64,000 nucleotides of DNA from Pelovirga sp. (lineage in GTDB: Bacteria > Desulfobacterota > Desulfuromonadia > Desulfuromonadales > Geopsychrobacteraceae): the NCBI GenBank assembly GCA_046482365.1, contig JAWOFG010000182.1, forward strand, positions 49,878 to 113,877, given 5' to 3'. The notes beneath the pieces were generated by a model. That model searched no databases, was not told where the DNA came from, and was given only the letters and a program-made list of their open reading frames with translations. The first letter of the stretch is position 1. Every line of letters begins with the position of its first letter. A program made the translations under genes and the position numbers. Shown here piece by piece: positions 49,861-58,623 of this stretch.

Positions 49861-52053
49861 CTAACTGTCGGTCTGAGGGACACCGTTCTTCAGTAAATTA
49901 ATGAATTGGTGATCTGGAATCGGGCGACTGAATAAATAGCCCTGGAAAAGATTACATCCATTCTGTTTGAGAAAGTCGAGTTCAGGGCGGGTCTCTACGC
50001 CTTCGGCAATGACTTTAAGATAAAGATGTTCCGCCATGGCGATAATGGTGGCAACAATGGCGGCATCATTGGCATCGGTTTCAATGTCACGGACGAAGGA
50101 CTGATCAATTTTGAGAATGTCCAGAGGCATTTTTTTCAGATAGGTCAAGGAAGAATAGCCGGTCCCAAAATCGTCAATGGAAAGTTGTAATCCCAGTTTT
50201 TTTAGCCCCTGCATTTTTTCAATCGTGTCGATAATATTGTCAATCACCAGGCCTTCCGTCAGTTCAAAGCAGACCATGGTCGGATCGACCCCGGTTTCAT
50301 CCAGGATTGACTGAACCTGGGCGACAAACTCAGGTTGGCGGAACTGGCGGGGGCTGACGTTAATGGCAAGATGACTGAGCCCCAGCCCTTGATCGTTCCA
50401 CTTCTTTAAATGCCGGCAGGCTGTTCTCAACACCCATTCACCAATCGATAGAATCAAGCCACTGGCTTCGGCAATGGGGATAAAGGTGCCGGGAGAAATA
50501 AATCCCTTGGTGGGGTGGATCCAGCGAATAAGCGCTTCGGCACCAAGAATATTACCATGATAATCGACTTGCGGTTGAAAATAGAGAGACAATTCATCGC
50601 GTTCGATGGCATGGCGCAGTTCTTTTTCCAGGGCGAGACGATAGTCAGCCGCCGCCTGCATGCTTGGCAGAAAGAAGCGAATGGTATCGCGACCATCATC
50701 CTTGGCCCGGTACATGGCGGTATCAGCATAGCGCAGAATATCACTGCCGGTTTCGTAGCCGCCGTCAACTGACGGGAACATGGCAACCCCTATACTCGGG
50801 GTGATGTGCAAAATATTGTCATGAATCATGTAGGGTTCGGTCAGGCGTTCCTTGATGCTTTCCGCTTTGTGTTGGGCCGCCGCCGCTGCAGTTCCTGCTT
50901 CGGTGCCCAGGTCAGCTAAGAGGACGACGAATTCATCACCTCCCAGCCGAGAAATTGTATCCTCGCTGCGCATGTCAGTCGCCAGTCGTTCAGCTACCTG
51001 CTTGAGGAGATCATCGCCGATCGGATGGCCGAGGGAGTCATTGATGTTTTTAAAACGATCCAGATCTAAAAAGAGCATGGCACCATAGTGGCCATAGCGT
51101 CTGGCACGAGAGAGGTTCTGCTCAAGACGATTGATCAACAGGCGACGATTCGGCAGTTCCGTCAAGGCATCATAATAAGCCAGGTATTCAATCCGTGCCT
51201 CGGCCTCTTTGCGTTCGGTGATGTCGCGCAACGTAGCACAAATTTTATCAGCATTTTCGCGCTCGCCACTCTGATAACTGGCGTTGAGGGAGCAGGGAAT
51301 GTCGTGCTGGTCTTTGTCGCGCAGGTGGATCTCGAAATCACGAATCTGGCTAGTTTGATTGAGCAGATCGAATAACTCGTCGCGCTCCTGCGCCACAGGG
51401 AAAAGTCCCTCGACTTTAGTACCGATTAATTCATCACGTTTGAACGCTGAAATTGCAGAGATGGACGGGCTGACTTCCAGGATCACGCCGTTGCCGGCGA
51501 ATTCGAAGTAGACATCCTGCAAATTTTCAAAAATGGAGCGGTATGTTTCTTCACTCTTGCGTAGCTTGAAATGCGATTCATTGAGGTCGTTGATAGCTTT
51601 CTGCAGAGCAGCGGTGCGGCGTGTGACTTCTTCTTCAAGATGTTCCTGGTAAGCGCGATTTTCAATGATCAGGCGCGCACGCTCAAGTTCCTGATTGATG
51701 GCATGCAACAAAACGGACATGTCCTGAATCGGTTTAAGCAGATAGTTCCATGCCCCGCGGTGGATTGCCTCAATGGCATCACCGATAATCCCGGTTCCGG
51801 AAACGACAACGATTGGGGTGTCTGGAGATTCAGCCCTGATCGTCTGCAGTACCTCAAGTCCATCCATCTCCGGCATTCGCAGATCGCACAGTACCAGATC
51901 CGGTTTATCGCGACGAAAAACCTCCAGCCCCTCGCGCCCGTTTTTTGCTTCAACCACGTCAAAATCATGATCTTCAAGAAACAGCTGGAAGCTGTTGCGG
52001 ATCTGGTCTTCATCGTCAATGGTGAGAATTAGCGGATTTTTTTGACGCCCCAT
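49861..52053 (-). CDS. Response regulator receiver - PAS - GGDEF - EAL protein
   Basis: REC domain (LVLCDLRMPEMDG), a PAS region, a GGDEF domain (NDSLGHPIGD, LGGDEF, RxxD) and an EAL domain (EALIRW, DDFGTGYSS, KIDQSF). Confidence 0.9.
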   Translation of the reverse strand: MGRQKNPLILTIDDEDQIRNSFQLFLEDHDFDVVEAKNGREGLEVFRRDKPDLVLCDLRMPEMDGLEVLQTIRAESPDTPIVVVSGTGIIGDAIEAIHRGAWNYLLKPIQDMSVLLHAINQELERARLIIENRAYQEHLEEEVTRRTAALQKAINDLNESHFKLRKSEETYRSIFENLQDVYFEFAGNGVILEVSPSISAISAFKRDELIGTKVEGLFPVAQERDELFDLLNQTSQIRDFEIHLRDKDQHDIPCSLNASYQSGERENADKICATLRDITERKEAEARIEYLAYYDALTELPNRRLLINRLEQNLSRARRYGHYGAMLFLDLDRFKNINDSLGHPIGDDLLKQVAERLATDMRSEDTISRLGGDEFVVLLADLGTEAGTAAAAAQHKAESIKERLTEPYMIHDNILHITPSIGVAMFPSVDGGYETGSDILRYADTAMYRAKDDGRDTIRFFLPSMQAAADYRLALEKELRHAIERDELSLYFQPQVDYHGNILGAEALIRWIHPTKGFISPGTFIPIAEASGLILSIGEWVLRTACRHLKKWNDQGLGLSHLAINVSPRQFRQPEFVAQVQSILDETGVDPTMVCFELTEGLVIDNIIDTIEKMQGLKKLGLQLSIDDFGTGYSSLTYLKKMPLDILKIDQSFVRDIETDANDAAIVATIIAMAEHLYLKVIAEGVETRPELDFLKQNGCNLFQGYLFSRPIPDHQFINLLKNGVPQTDS

Positions 52054-52165
52054 GCATGCAACCTTTGTATGAGAATACTCATGATATATTTTTTACTATA
52101 ACATTATTACGATTGAAATCAGTAAAAATATTTAGATCTATGGCCCTTTTGTTGCGGTTTGTTGG

Positions 52166-52576
52166 TCACAGGTCACCGGTCAGGTTCTGCAAGATAAAGA
52201 GCTTGGGATTGATGGTGGCTATTGCCTCAATCAGTTCAAGTAATTGATCTGAATCAAGGTTTTCTTCCGTGTCCGTGTCTTGAAAATAGCGGTAACCTTT
52301 GGGCAGTTCGCTGTAGTTTCCTCCGAATAACAGGGAGGCGTCAACCAGATCATTGACTCTGCCGGTGGCTTCCCAGGGGTCACGATAGTTGTACTGGCGA
52401 GCGGTAATCTGTAAGCCCAGCTTGTTGGGGAACAGCGCCTTGACCTCAAAGGAGAAATCGCGCGGCGAGCCGTAGTGAGCACTACGCCCGTCACGTCCTT
52501 TGACCCGTGCTCCTGCTGCCGAGAGCATGGCGCTCACGCTGTCCACTGACATGGGGGTTGGTTGGGTCGTTGTCAT
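52166..52576 (-). CDS. Hypothetical 136-aa protein, third gene of the AAA/vWA operon
   Basis: Its start overlaps the stop of the upstream vWA gene (ATGA). I recognise no family motif, signal peptide or TM segment. The C-terminus is acidic. Confidence 0.6.
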   Translation of the reverse strand: MTTTQPTPMSVDSVSAMLSAAGARVKGRDGRSAHYGSPRDFSFEVKALFPNKLGLQITARQYNYRDPWEATGRVNDLVDASLLFGGNYSELPKGYRYFQDTDTEENLDSDQLLELIEAIATINPKLFILQNLTGDL

Positions 52577-53766
52577 GATGCCTCCAGGATCTTGTCAAGT
52601 CGCAGTTCGAGACCCCATGTTACCGGCTTTTTCCCCTCTGGCGATAGTACCCACAGGGTCGGAATATCTGATGCTAGTGGGGCGGGGCCAAAACCATCGG
52701 TCAGGTAGATAATCGCAGCCGGGCGGGGTTGCATGTGGCGGGCATAGTCGAAAATCGGACGCAGGTCGGTAAAGCCGCCACCACGAAAGACTTCGATCAC
52801 CGCAGGGTCGCCGCTAAAGGTCGAAATTTTCTGAATCCGGCTGCCGGCATAGAGGACGGTGATGCGGCTTTGTCGTGCCTGGGCAATCCTCATGAGTTCT
52901 CCGGCAAAGGTTTCACGCAGAGGCTGGGTATCGGTGGAATCACTGACATCGATACCGACCACCAGGTTCAGATATTGCTTTTTGCGAATTCCCGGCGTCG
53001 TCTGATCAAAACGCCGATGGGCCCGTTTCCAGGTAGCGGTTTTGCCGACCCGCCCGGCGTTGCCGATAAACTGGCGCAGAATCTGCTGCCAGGGGATGGT
53101 GGGGGGGGTGAGGTAGGGGTGAATCAATGCCCGTAGATCGCCTGCACCTTCGTCACCACTTTTGTGCCAGGCCGATTGTACCATCTGGCGTACCACTTGT
53201 TCACTCAAGGCGTCCGGCGTGCGTTCGGCGTCCTGCCAGTGTTGGTGATCATCCAGCGGTTGCAGCTGCAACGCCTCAAGGGTAGCTGTTGTCCTGTCGG
53301 CTGCCGGTTCGCCGGAGATTTCAGCGGAGTTGTCACCATCACCAGCGCCGAGTTGATCCCCCAGCCGTGGTATCAGCAGCAGCTGGTCGTAATATTCTTC
53401 AGCAGCGAGACCTGCCCCCAGCTTCAGGCGTTCAGGGCGCGGCGCTTCGGGGGGCATGTTGTCAATACCGGGGTTAATGGCAAGGTCGCAGGCCAGATCC
53501 CAGAGCCTGGGGTGGCGATCTCTGCGCCGGCACGGGTGCAGGTGAAGGATATGTTTGACCAGATGTTCGAGCAGTGCCTGTTGTTCATCACCGGAAAAAC
53601 AGGAGAAATGCTGTGATGAAACCATCAGGGTCGGCAAGGCATCAATCAGGGTCACAGCCACCGCCTTGCGTCCCTGGTAGGGACGGCGCCGAAACTGCAG
53701 GAGAAAATGGCCGTAAAAGGGGCGCTGTTTCAGCAACCTGACAATCGTATCTTCAAGCTGGCGCAT
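52573..53766 (-). CDS. DUF2201-type protein: metallopeptidase-like N-domain plus vWA domain
   Basis: The N-terminus RPFYGHFLLQF...DRHPRLWDLACDLAINP resembles the DUF2201_N fold. The C-terminal vWA domain has the MIDAS motifs GIDVSDS and IIYLTDG. It starts 5 nt after the AAA gene stop. Confidence 0.8.
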   Translation of the reverse strand: MRQLEDTIVRLLKQRPFYGHFLLQFRRRPYQGRKAVAVTLIDALPTLMVSSQHFSCFSGDEQQALLEHLVKHILHLHPCRRRDRHPRLWDLACDLAINPGIDNMPPEAPRPERLKLGAGLAAEEYYDQLLLIPRLGDQLGAGDGDNSAEISGEPAADRTTATLEALQLQPLDDHQHWQDAERTPDALSEQVVRQMVQSAWHKSGDEGAGDLRALIHPYLTPPTIPWQQILRQFIGNAGRVGKTATWKRAHRRFDQTTPGIRKKQYLNLVVGIDVSDSTDTQPLRETFAGELMRIAQARQSRITVLYAGSRIQKISTFSGDPAVIEVFRGGGFTDLRPIFDYARHMQPRPAAIIYLTDGFGPAPLASDIPTLWVLSPEGKKPVTWGLELRLDKILEAS

Positions 53767-53771
53767 TGGCT

Positions 53772-54833
53772 TTACAGCGCATCGTGGCTGATTTTACGGA
53801 TCGTATCCAGTATCGCGGCGTCGTACTTGTCCTGGCATAGAATCATGGCGATGGCCGGGATCCGCAACAAACTCTTGACCGTGGCAAATCGCATATCGCG
53901 TGGCAGAATATCAATATAGGCCACCAGATGACCCTGTTCGGTTTCATTGAGGGGGGTCTGCTGTTGCAGCAGGGAGGTCAATTCATTGATGGTCGCCGCC
54001 TGGATATCGTCACGTTGTTTTTCCGCCTGCTCGGCCACCTCGGGCCAGCGTTGCAGAATGTCCTGAGCACTCAAGGGGCGCAGGCGTTGTTCATGGCACC
54101 ACTGCAGAAAGGCCACGGCAGCTTCCTTGCCGATGACACCGCTGTAGACCTCCATTTCCAGCCCTTGCGCGAAGCGGCAATGACGGCGCAAGATGCTGAC
54201 CATTTCCCAGGCGCGTTCAGAAGGCTCGACGTTCATATCGAAGCTGGCATTATTCAGGGACAGCAGGTGCTGATGAGAACTAATAAAGTGACGTACCGAT
54301 GGCTCGAAGTCAGCTTGTTGCGCATAGTGAGACCAGCAGCTGGCATCTGTTTCAACCTGAATGACCACCATGCGATCCAGCAGGGCCCGATCAAGCGGCG
54401 TAACCTGGTAACTGCCGTCGGGCGGGTTGATGGCAACCACGACCCGATGCTGCGGTGCAAGCTTGTGGGTGTGCAATGAGCGTTGTTGTCCCTGGGATGG
54501 TGGCTCAACAAACTGAAAAATCGCCTGCAGGGTGTCTTCCTGTTGGGCGCGATTGAGTTCATCACAGTGAATAACCGTTGGCTCAGCATTGTCGGCCGGC
54601 CACCAGGATGGACGGGACCAGTGCATGGTCTCGTCTACGCGATAGGGAATACCGACCAGGTCACCAACCTCCATCTGTCCCAGACGTAAAGGAATATAAC
54701 TGCGCTTGATCTCACGACAGACCTGAATAATGCCGGCGGTTTTGCCGACCCCCCGGTGACCCACCACGCAAGGCGTCAGATCGGTCCTCATCAGGATTTC
54801 TTTGAGCACAATCTTCATCTGTTCGATATTCAT
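53772..54833 (-). CDS. AAA+ ATPase (AAA_5/MoxR-like) with helical C-terminal extension
   Basis: Walker A GHRGVGKT and Walker B VIHCDELNR, with a single AAA module followed by about 180 aa of extension. Confidence 0.85.
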   Translation of the reverse strand: MNIEQMKIVLKEILMRTDLTPCVVGHRGVGKTAGIIQVCREIKRSYIPLRLGQMEVGDLVGIPYRVDETMHWSRPSWWPADNAEPTVIHCDELNRAQQEDTLQAIFQFVEPPSQGQQRSLHTHKLAPQHRVVVAINPPDGSYQVTPLDRALLDRMVVIQVETDASCWSHYAQQADFEPSVRHFISSHQHLLSLNNASFDMNVEPSERAWEMVSILRRHCRFAQGLEMEVYSGVIGKEAAVAFLQWCHEQRLRPLSAQDILQRWPEVAEQAEKQRDDIQAATINELTSLLQQQTPLNETEQGHLVAYIDILPRDMRFATVKSLLRIPAIAMILCQDKYDAAILDTIRKISHDAL

Positions 54834-54985
54834 GGTTTTCTCGTTTTGGCTTGGCTGGAACGGTCAGTCCCTCCATGGTTGCAGAATAAGAAGGGTAAAC
54901 TGTCTCTTAATATGCCGGAAGCTACAGGAGAAAGTCAAAAGGAGGTTGGACAGGAGCAGATCAGTGATCAGGGGTTTACCGATAA

Positions 54986-56221
54986 TCAGCTGGGAAGTGC
55001 GCTGAGGACTTCCCGTGTTTTGTGTTTAAGCAAGTCAATGACTTCCTCATTAAGGTGGAAGCGCTCAAAGCAGCTTTCGTGCAAATGAGTCTTGTAGGTT
55101 TCCTGGCGGGTACAAAAATTGAACTGACAGGCAAGAATATTACCTGCATAGGCAGCAGCGCTGACCTCCGGCTCAATCGGTGTGGCGCGAAGGTGATGAT
55201 GTGAGCGGATGGCTTCGACCAGGAAAGGCGGCAGGCTCCACCATTGTGCCAGCATAGCGCCGATTTCAGCATGATCTGTTGCGAAAATGCTGCATTCAGC
55301 TTGTAGTGAAGAACAGTGATTTGCAGCGGCAATTTCAATGGCATGCTGGTATTGTTTTGGCAGGTAGGTAGCCAGCAACAGTTTACCCATATCATGAAGA
55401 AGCCCGGCAATAAAAGCGCGATCCTGCATGCCGACATTGCTGCTGTAGGTCAGTTTGATCAGTAAACGGGCAATTGTTGCGCTGGCAATCGAATGTCTTT
55501 TAAAGCGGTTGATATCAAACCCGGGAACTTTATGGGTATCGGTTTTGACCGTGCGATAAACCGACTCCGACAATACCAGATTCTCGACGATGTCCGTACC
55601 CAGGACAATAATTGCTTTTTTAATGGAGTCAACGAGAAAGCGCTGACCAAAGAGGGCAGAATTGCCCCAATGCAGCAGGGTGGTGGACAGGCTGACATCC
55701 TGACTGATGGCCTCCGCCATTCCTTCAATATCGATGTCATCATCGCTGATACAGGCGCGCACCTGACTATAGGTTTCCGGCAGGGTTGGAAGCAGGGGCA
55801 TGGTATTGATCAGCTTTTGCAACTCCAGACCGTACTTGCGCTGATATTGTGCCTGCCGCAGGGCGCTGCGGAGGATTTCCTTAAGTTCGATATCAATCCA
55901 GGGTTTGGGAATAATCTGCTGGGTATACCCTTGTGCCAAAGCTTGCAGGACCGTGTTGTGGCGGGGATGATCTGTCAGGAACAGACGAATCATTGTTGGG
56001 TAGAGCACGCGGATCTCACTGAGCAGGCTGATGCCGTCCATTTCCTGCATGACCGCCGCGCTGACGACCAGCTCAACGGGGTCGTCTTTCAGGTGCTGCA
56101 GCGCCTTACCAGCGCTTGCAACGAAATGGCATTCCCACTCCTCGTTTTGCAGCAATGTTTGCAGTGCTGTCAGGACCTTGGGATCTTCATCAATAAAAAG
56201 GATTTTTGGCGTGTCATTCAT
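54986..56221 (-). CDS. Receiver-like domain plus HDOD domain signalling protein
   Basis: The N-terminal REC fold (ILFIDEDPKV ... TDH ... KPW) is followed by an HDOD domain (GLLHDMGKLLL). The phospho-acceptor position reads Ala. Confidence 0.85.
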   Translation of the reverse strand: MNDTPKILFIDEDPKVLTALQTLLQNEEWECHFVASAGKALQHLKDDPVELVVSAAVMQEMDGISLLSEIRVLYPTMIRLFLTDHPRHNTVLQALAQGYTQQIIPKPWIDIELKEILRSALRQAQYQRKYGLELQKLINTMPLLPTLPETYSQVRACISDDDIDIEGMAEAISQDVSLSTTLLHWGNSALFGQRFLVDSIKKAIIVLGTDIVENLVLSESVYRTVKTDTHKVPGFDINRFKRHSIASATIARLLIKLTYSSNVGMQDRAFIAGLLHDMGKLLLATYLPKQYQHAIEIAAANHCSSLQAECSIFATDHAEIGAMLAQWWSLPPFLVEAIRSHHHLRATPIEPEVSAAAYAGNILACQFNFCTRQETYKTHLHESCFERFHLNEEVIDLLKHKTREVLSALPS

Positions 56222-56304
56222 CGATCAGATTCCAGCTGTCAATAGGAGGAAAAAAGAGCGGTGTCGAGCCGAAAGCCTCATGTTAGCATAAACGATAAAC
56301 GAAG

Positions 56305-57681
56305 TTAATCCTTGTTTATGAAAAAATCCTGACCTGGTTGGGAATTTTTGGCCCCTCGTTCCTGCAACTGCAACAATTCACAATTTTCAAAGCAGACCTG
56401 GCGAAAACCTTCAGAGATCCGCTCATCAATAGCGGCACTCTTCCAGAAAAGAAGAGCAGCCTGCCGGGCATTTACAAGTTGGGCCTCTGCTTCTTTGCGT
56501 AGTGAAGGTGGAGTGAACAGACGTGCCGGAATTTCACCGGCAAGGGGTTCATAGATGGTTGGACGCATCCCGTAGGCCGGAGCCAGAAGGAAATTATCTT
56601 TACCATGGGGCAAAAAAGAAATGTTGCCAAAATGCTGGTTAGCGTTACCGATCATATCACTGAACAGGGCCAGCCAGTGAAGCTTTCCGGCCTCACTAAG
56701 AGGAATGATCCCCTGCTTTTGCAGGCGGGTTGCCGCTGACACCCAGTCATCGCAGGGTTCCTGAATGCGGGTGTGCAGAGCGCGCAGGGAGATGGCCGGC
56801 AGACGCCCGAAAAGGCCGCGGCGATCAAAACGCTTTATGCACAAAAAGGTCTGATTGCCGCTGATTACCAGACGTGAACGCGCGGCATTCAGTCCGGCGA
56901 GGCGGATGGCTTCAAGTGCCAGATGTTCACACACGAGCAGGTCAGCATAGCGTCTGGCCTCCTTGCTGTCTGCCGCCGGTGAAAATTTGACCAGCATCCA
57001 ACAGGGGGCACCGCGTTCGTTGAGGCAAACAGAAAACTTGGGTTGTTCTCCGCTAAGTTGCAGTGGAGTGGTTTCTCGGGCCAGGGTTTTAAGTGCCAAT
57101 TGCGGGTATTCATGGGTCTGGCTGCCAGGCTCGATCAATTCGGGTGGATTGCGTACCAGTTCAAAGTAGCGGGCAAGGGATTCTTCACCCAGGATCAGGT
57201 TGCCGGGTCGATCCTCACCACAACGACTGGTGGCAATCAGCATATCTTCCTCGGTCCAGTCAGTGACTCGCGGTGAGAGTTTAAGATAGTCGCCGTAGCG
57301 CAGAGCAAAGGTACGAGCACAATAGCCGTTAATCAGCAAGTCCTGGATTTGCCACGGTAATTGATGAGAGATTTCACCACTACAGGCAATCGATTGCCAC
57401 CAGTACTGCCCTCCTTGTAAGGGGGTCAGTTGACCGTAAGGGTGGACGTCACCTTTGGCGTCAATGCTGTAAACCGGCAGACGGTTAAACTCCTGTCCTG
57501 GTTTATTAGGCAGGCCATAGCAAGTAGCTCGCCCTTTTCCCATGACAACAATTTCATTCTGCATGGTGTTGATCAGTCGTGACAGGGTCGGTTGGCTGAT
57601 GCCGAGTTCCCGGACCAGTTCGCGTGACGTCATCACCCGATCAGCCAGCAGCTGTAGCAATTGTTGTCGGTTGGTTTTCAT
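56305..57681 (-). CDS. HipA-like protein with N-terminal HTH domain (YjjJ/HipH-type architecture)
   Basis: The HTH is TSRELVRELGISQPTLSRLINTM. The HipA N- and C-domains are collinear with HipA (MLVKF, LVCEHLALE, IGNANQHFGNISFL, LAPAYG). Confidence 0.8.
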   Translation of the reverse strand: MKTNRQQLLQLLADRVMTSRELVRELGISQPTLSRLINTMQNEIVVMGKGRATCYGLPNKPGQEFNRLPVYSIDAKGDVHPYGQLTPLQGGQYWWQSIACSGEISHQLPWQIQDLLINGYCARTFALRYGDYLKLSPRVTDWTEEDMLIATSRCGEDRPGNLILGEESLARYFELVRNPPELIEPGSQTHEYPQLALKTLARETTPLQLSGEQPKFSVCLNERGAPCWMLVKFSPAADSKEARRYADLLVCEHLALEAIRLAGLNAARSRLVISGNQTFLCIKRFDRRGLFGRLPAISLRALHTRIQEPCDDWVSAATRLQKQGIIPLSEAGKLHWLALFSDMIGNANQHFGNISFLPHGKDNFLLAPAYGMRPTIYEPLAGEIPARLFTPPSLRKEAEAQLVNARQAALLFWKSAAIDERISEGFRQVCFENCELLQLQERGAKNSQPGQDFFINKD

Positions 57682-57850
57682 ATAGCCCCTTTTATGAATA
57701 TAAAGATGGAGCTAAAGATACTGATCAAGCCTATTAAATCAAGGATAAATCTATTTATTAGAATAAAAAAATGATCAGTTTGGGAAAGCCAAACCTGGAC
57801 CTGGGCTAACCGTGGGGCCCTGGCTCAGCTCTGTATTATAGAGGTTATTA

Positions 57851-58522
57851 TTAACGCGAAAAGCTGCGGTTTTTTTGCCGGGAAATTTTTCCAATAAGCC
57901 AGCCGCCCAAAAAGACACCGGCTCCGGCAAGAAACCACTGGATCATATTGGAGCGGTGAAAACTGCTATTTTCCTCACGTAGTATCTGGACTTCGCGGTT
58001 CAAAGATTGGTTTTGCTCTTCGAGGAGTTGGTTGTTTTCATGAAGAGTCAGGACATCGGCAGAGCTTTCGCGCAAGTTTTCGTACTGCTCGGTCATTTGT
58101 TTCAGCTTTGTTCGTGTTTCTTCCAACTGAACCACAAGGTTGGCAGTTTCTGCTGGGTCCTCATTAGCCTCTTGCAGTTCGGTATAACGCGTCTGCAGTT
58201 GTCGGTTCTCTTCTTCCAGGGCGGCAATTTGAGCTTGCAACTGTTCAATAATGAGCGTTTTCGGCGGTTCTGCAGTAATATATTGTTTAGCCACATAACC
58301 TTCTATTCCATCTGCGGTGCGTAGACGGTAAAAGTTTCCCTGCTCACCAAGAATAGTCACCGGGGCATTTGATGATAACCGCCCAAGGATCTGATAGTCA
58401 TTGGTGGTGTTGCTGCGCACCGTTACGAGCAGAGTGTCGGAAATATAGCGGGTTTCAGCCGTTGCTGGACCGGCAAGAAGTGCGGCCAGCAGGCTAACCA
58501 AAATTAGTATTTTAAACTTCAT
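57851..58522 (-). CDS. SH3-domain protein with coiled-coil and C-terminal TM anchor (YgiM/TIGR04211-like)
   Basis: Signal peptide, a bacterial SH3 domain (GNFYRLRTADGIEGYV), a long Q/E-rich coiled coil and a C-terminal TM segment. Confidence 0.8.
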   Translation of the reverse strand: MKFKILILVSLLAALLAGPATAETRYISDTLLVTVRSNTTNDYQILGRLSSNAPVTILGEQGNFYRLRTADGIEGYVAKQYITAEPPKTLIIEQLQAQIAALEEENRQLQTRYTELQEANEDPAETANLVVQLEETRTKLKQMTEQYENLRESSADVLTLHENNQLLEEQNQSLNREVQILREENSSFHRSNMIQWFLAGAGVFLGGWLIGKISRQKNRSFSR

Positions 58523-58623
58523 CGAGTCATCCTCTTGAAATGTGGGAGCATATAAAGATAGTTACTGATACTAACCCCAATGAAGGTGGAATTCAAGTTA
58601 CCTTCGAGCCGGCTCTACGACGT

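Noticed and set aside
55493-56245. 250-aa plus-strand ORF opposite the REC-HDOD gene
   Set aside because: The minus-strand frame shows REC and HDOD motifs, while the plus-strand translation has none.
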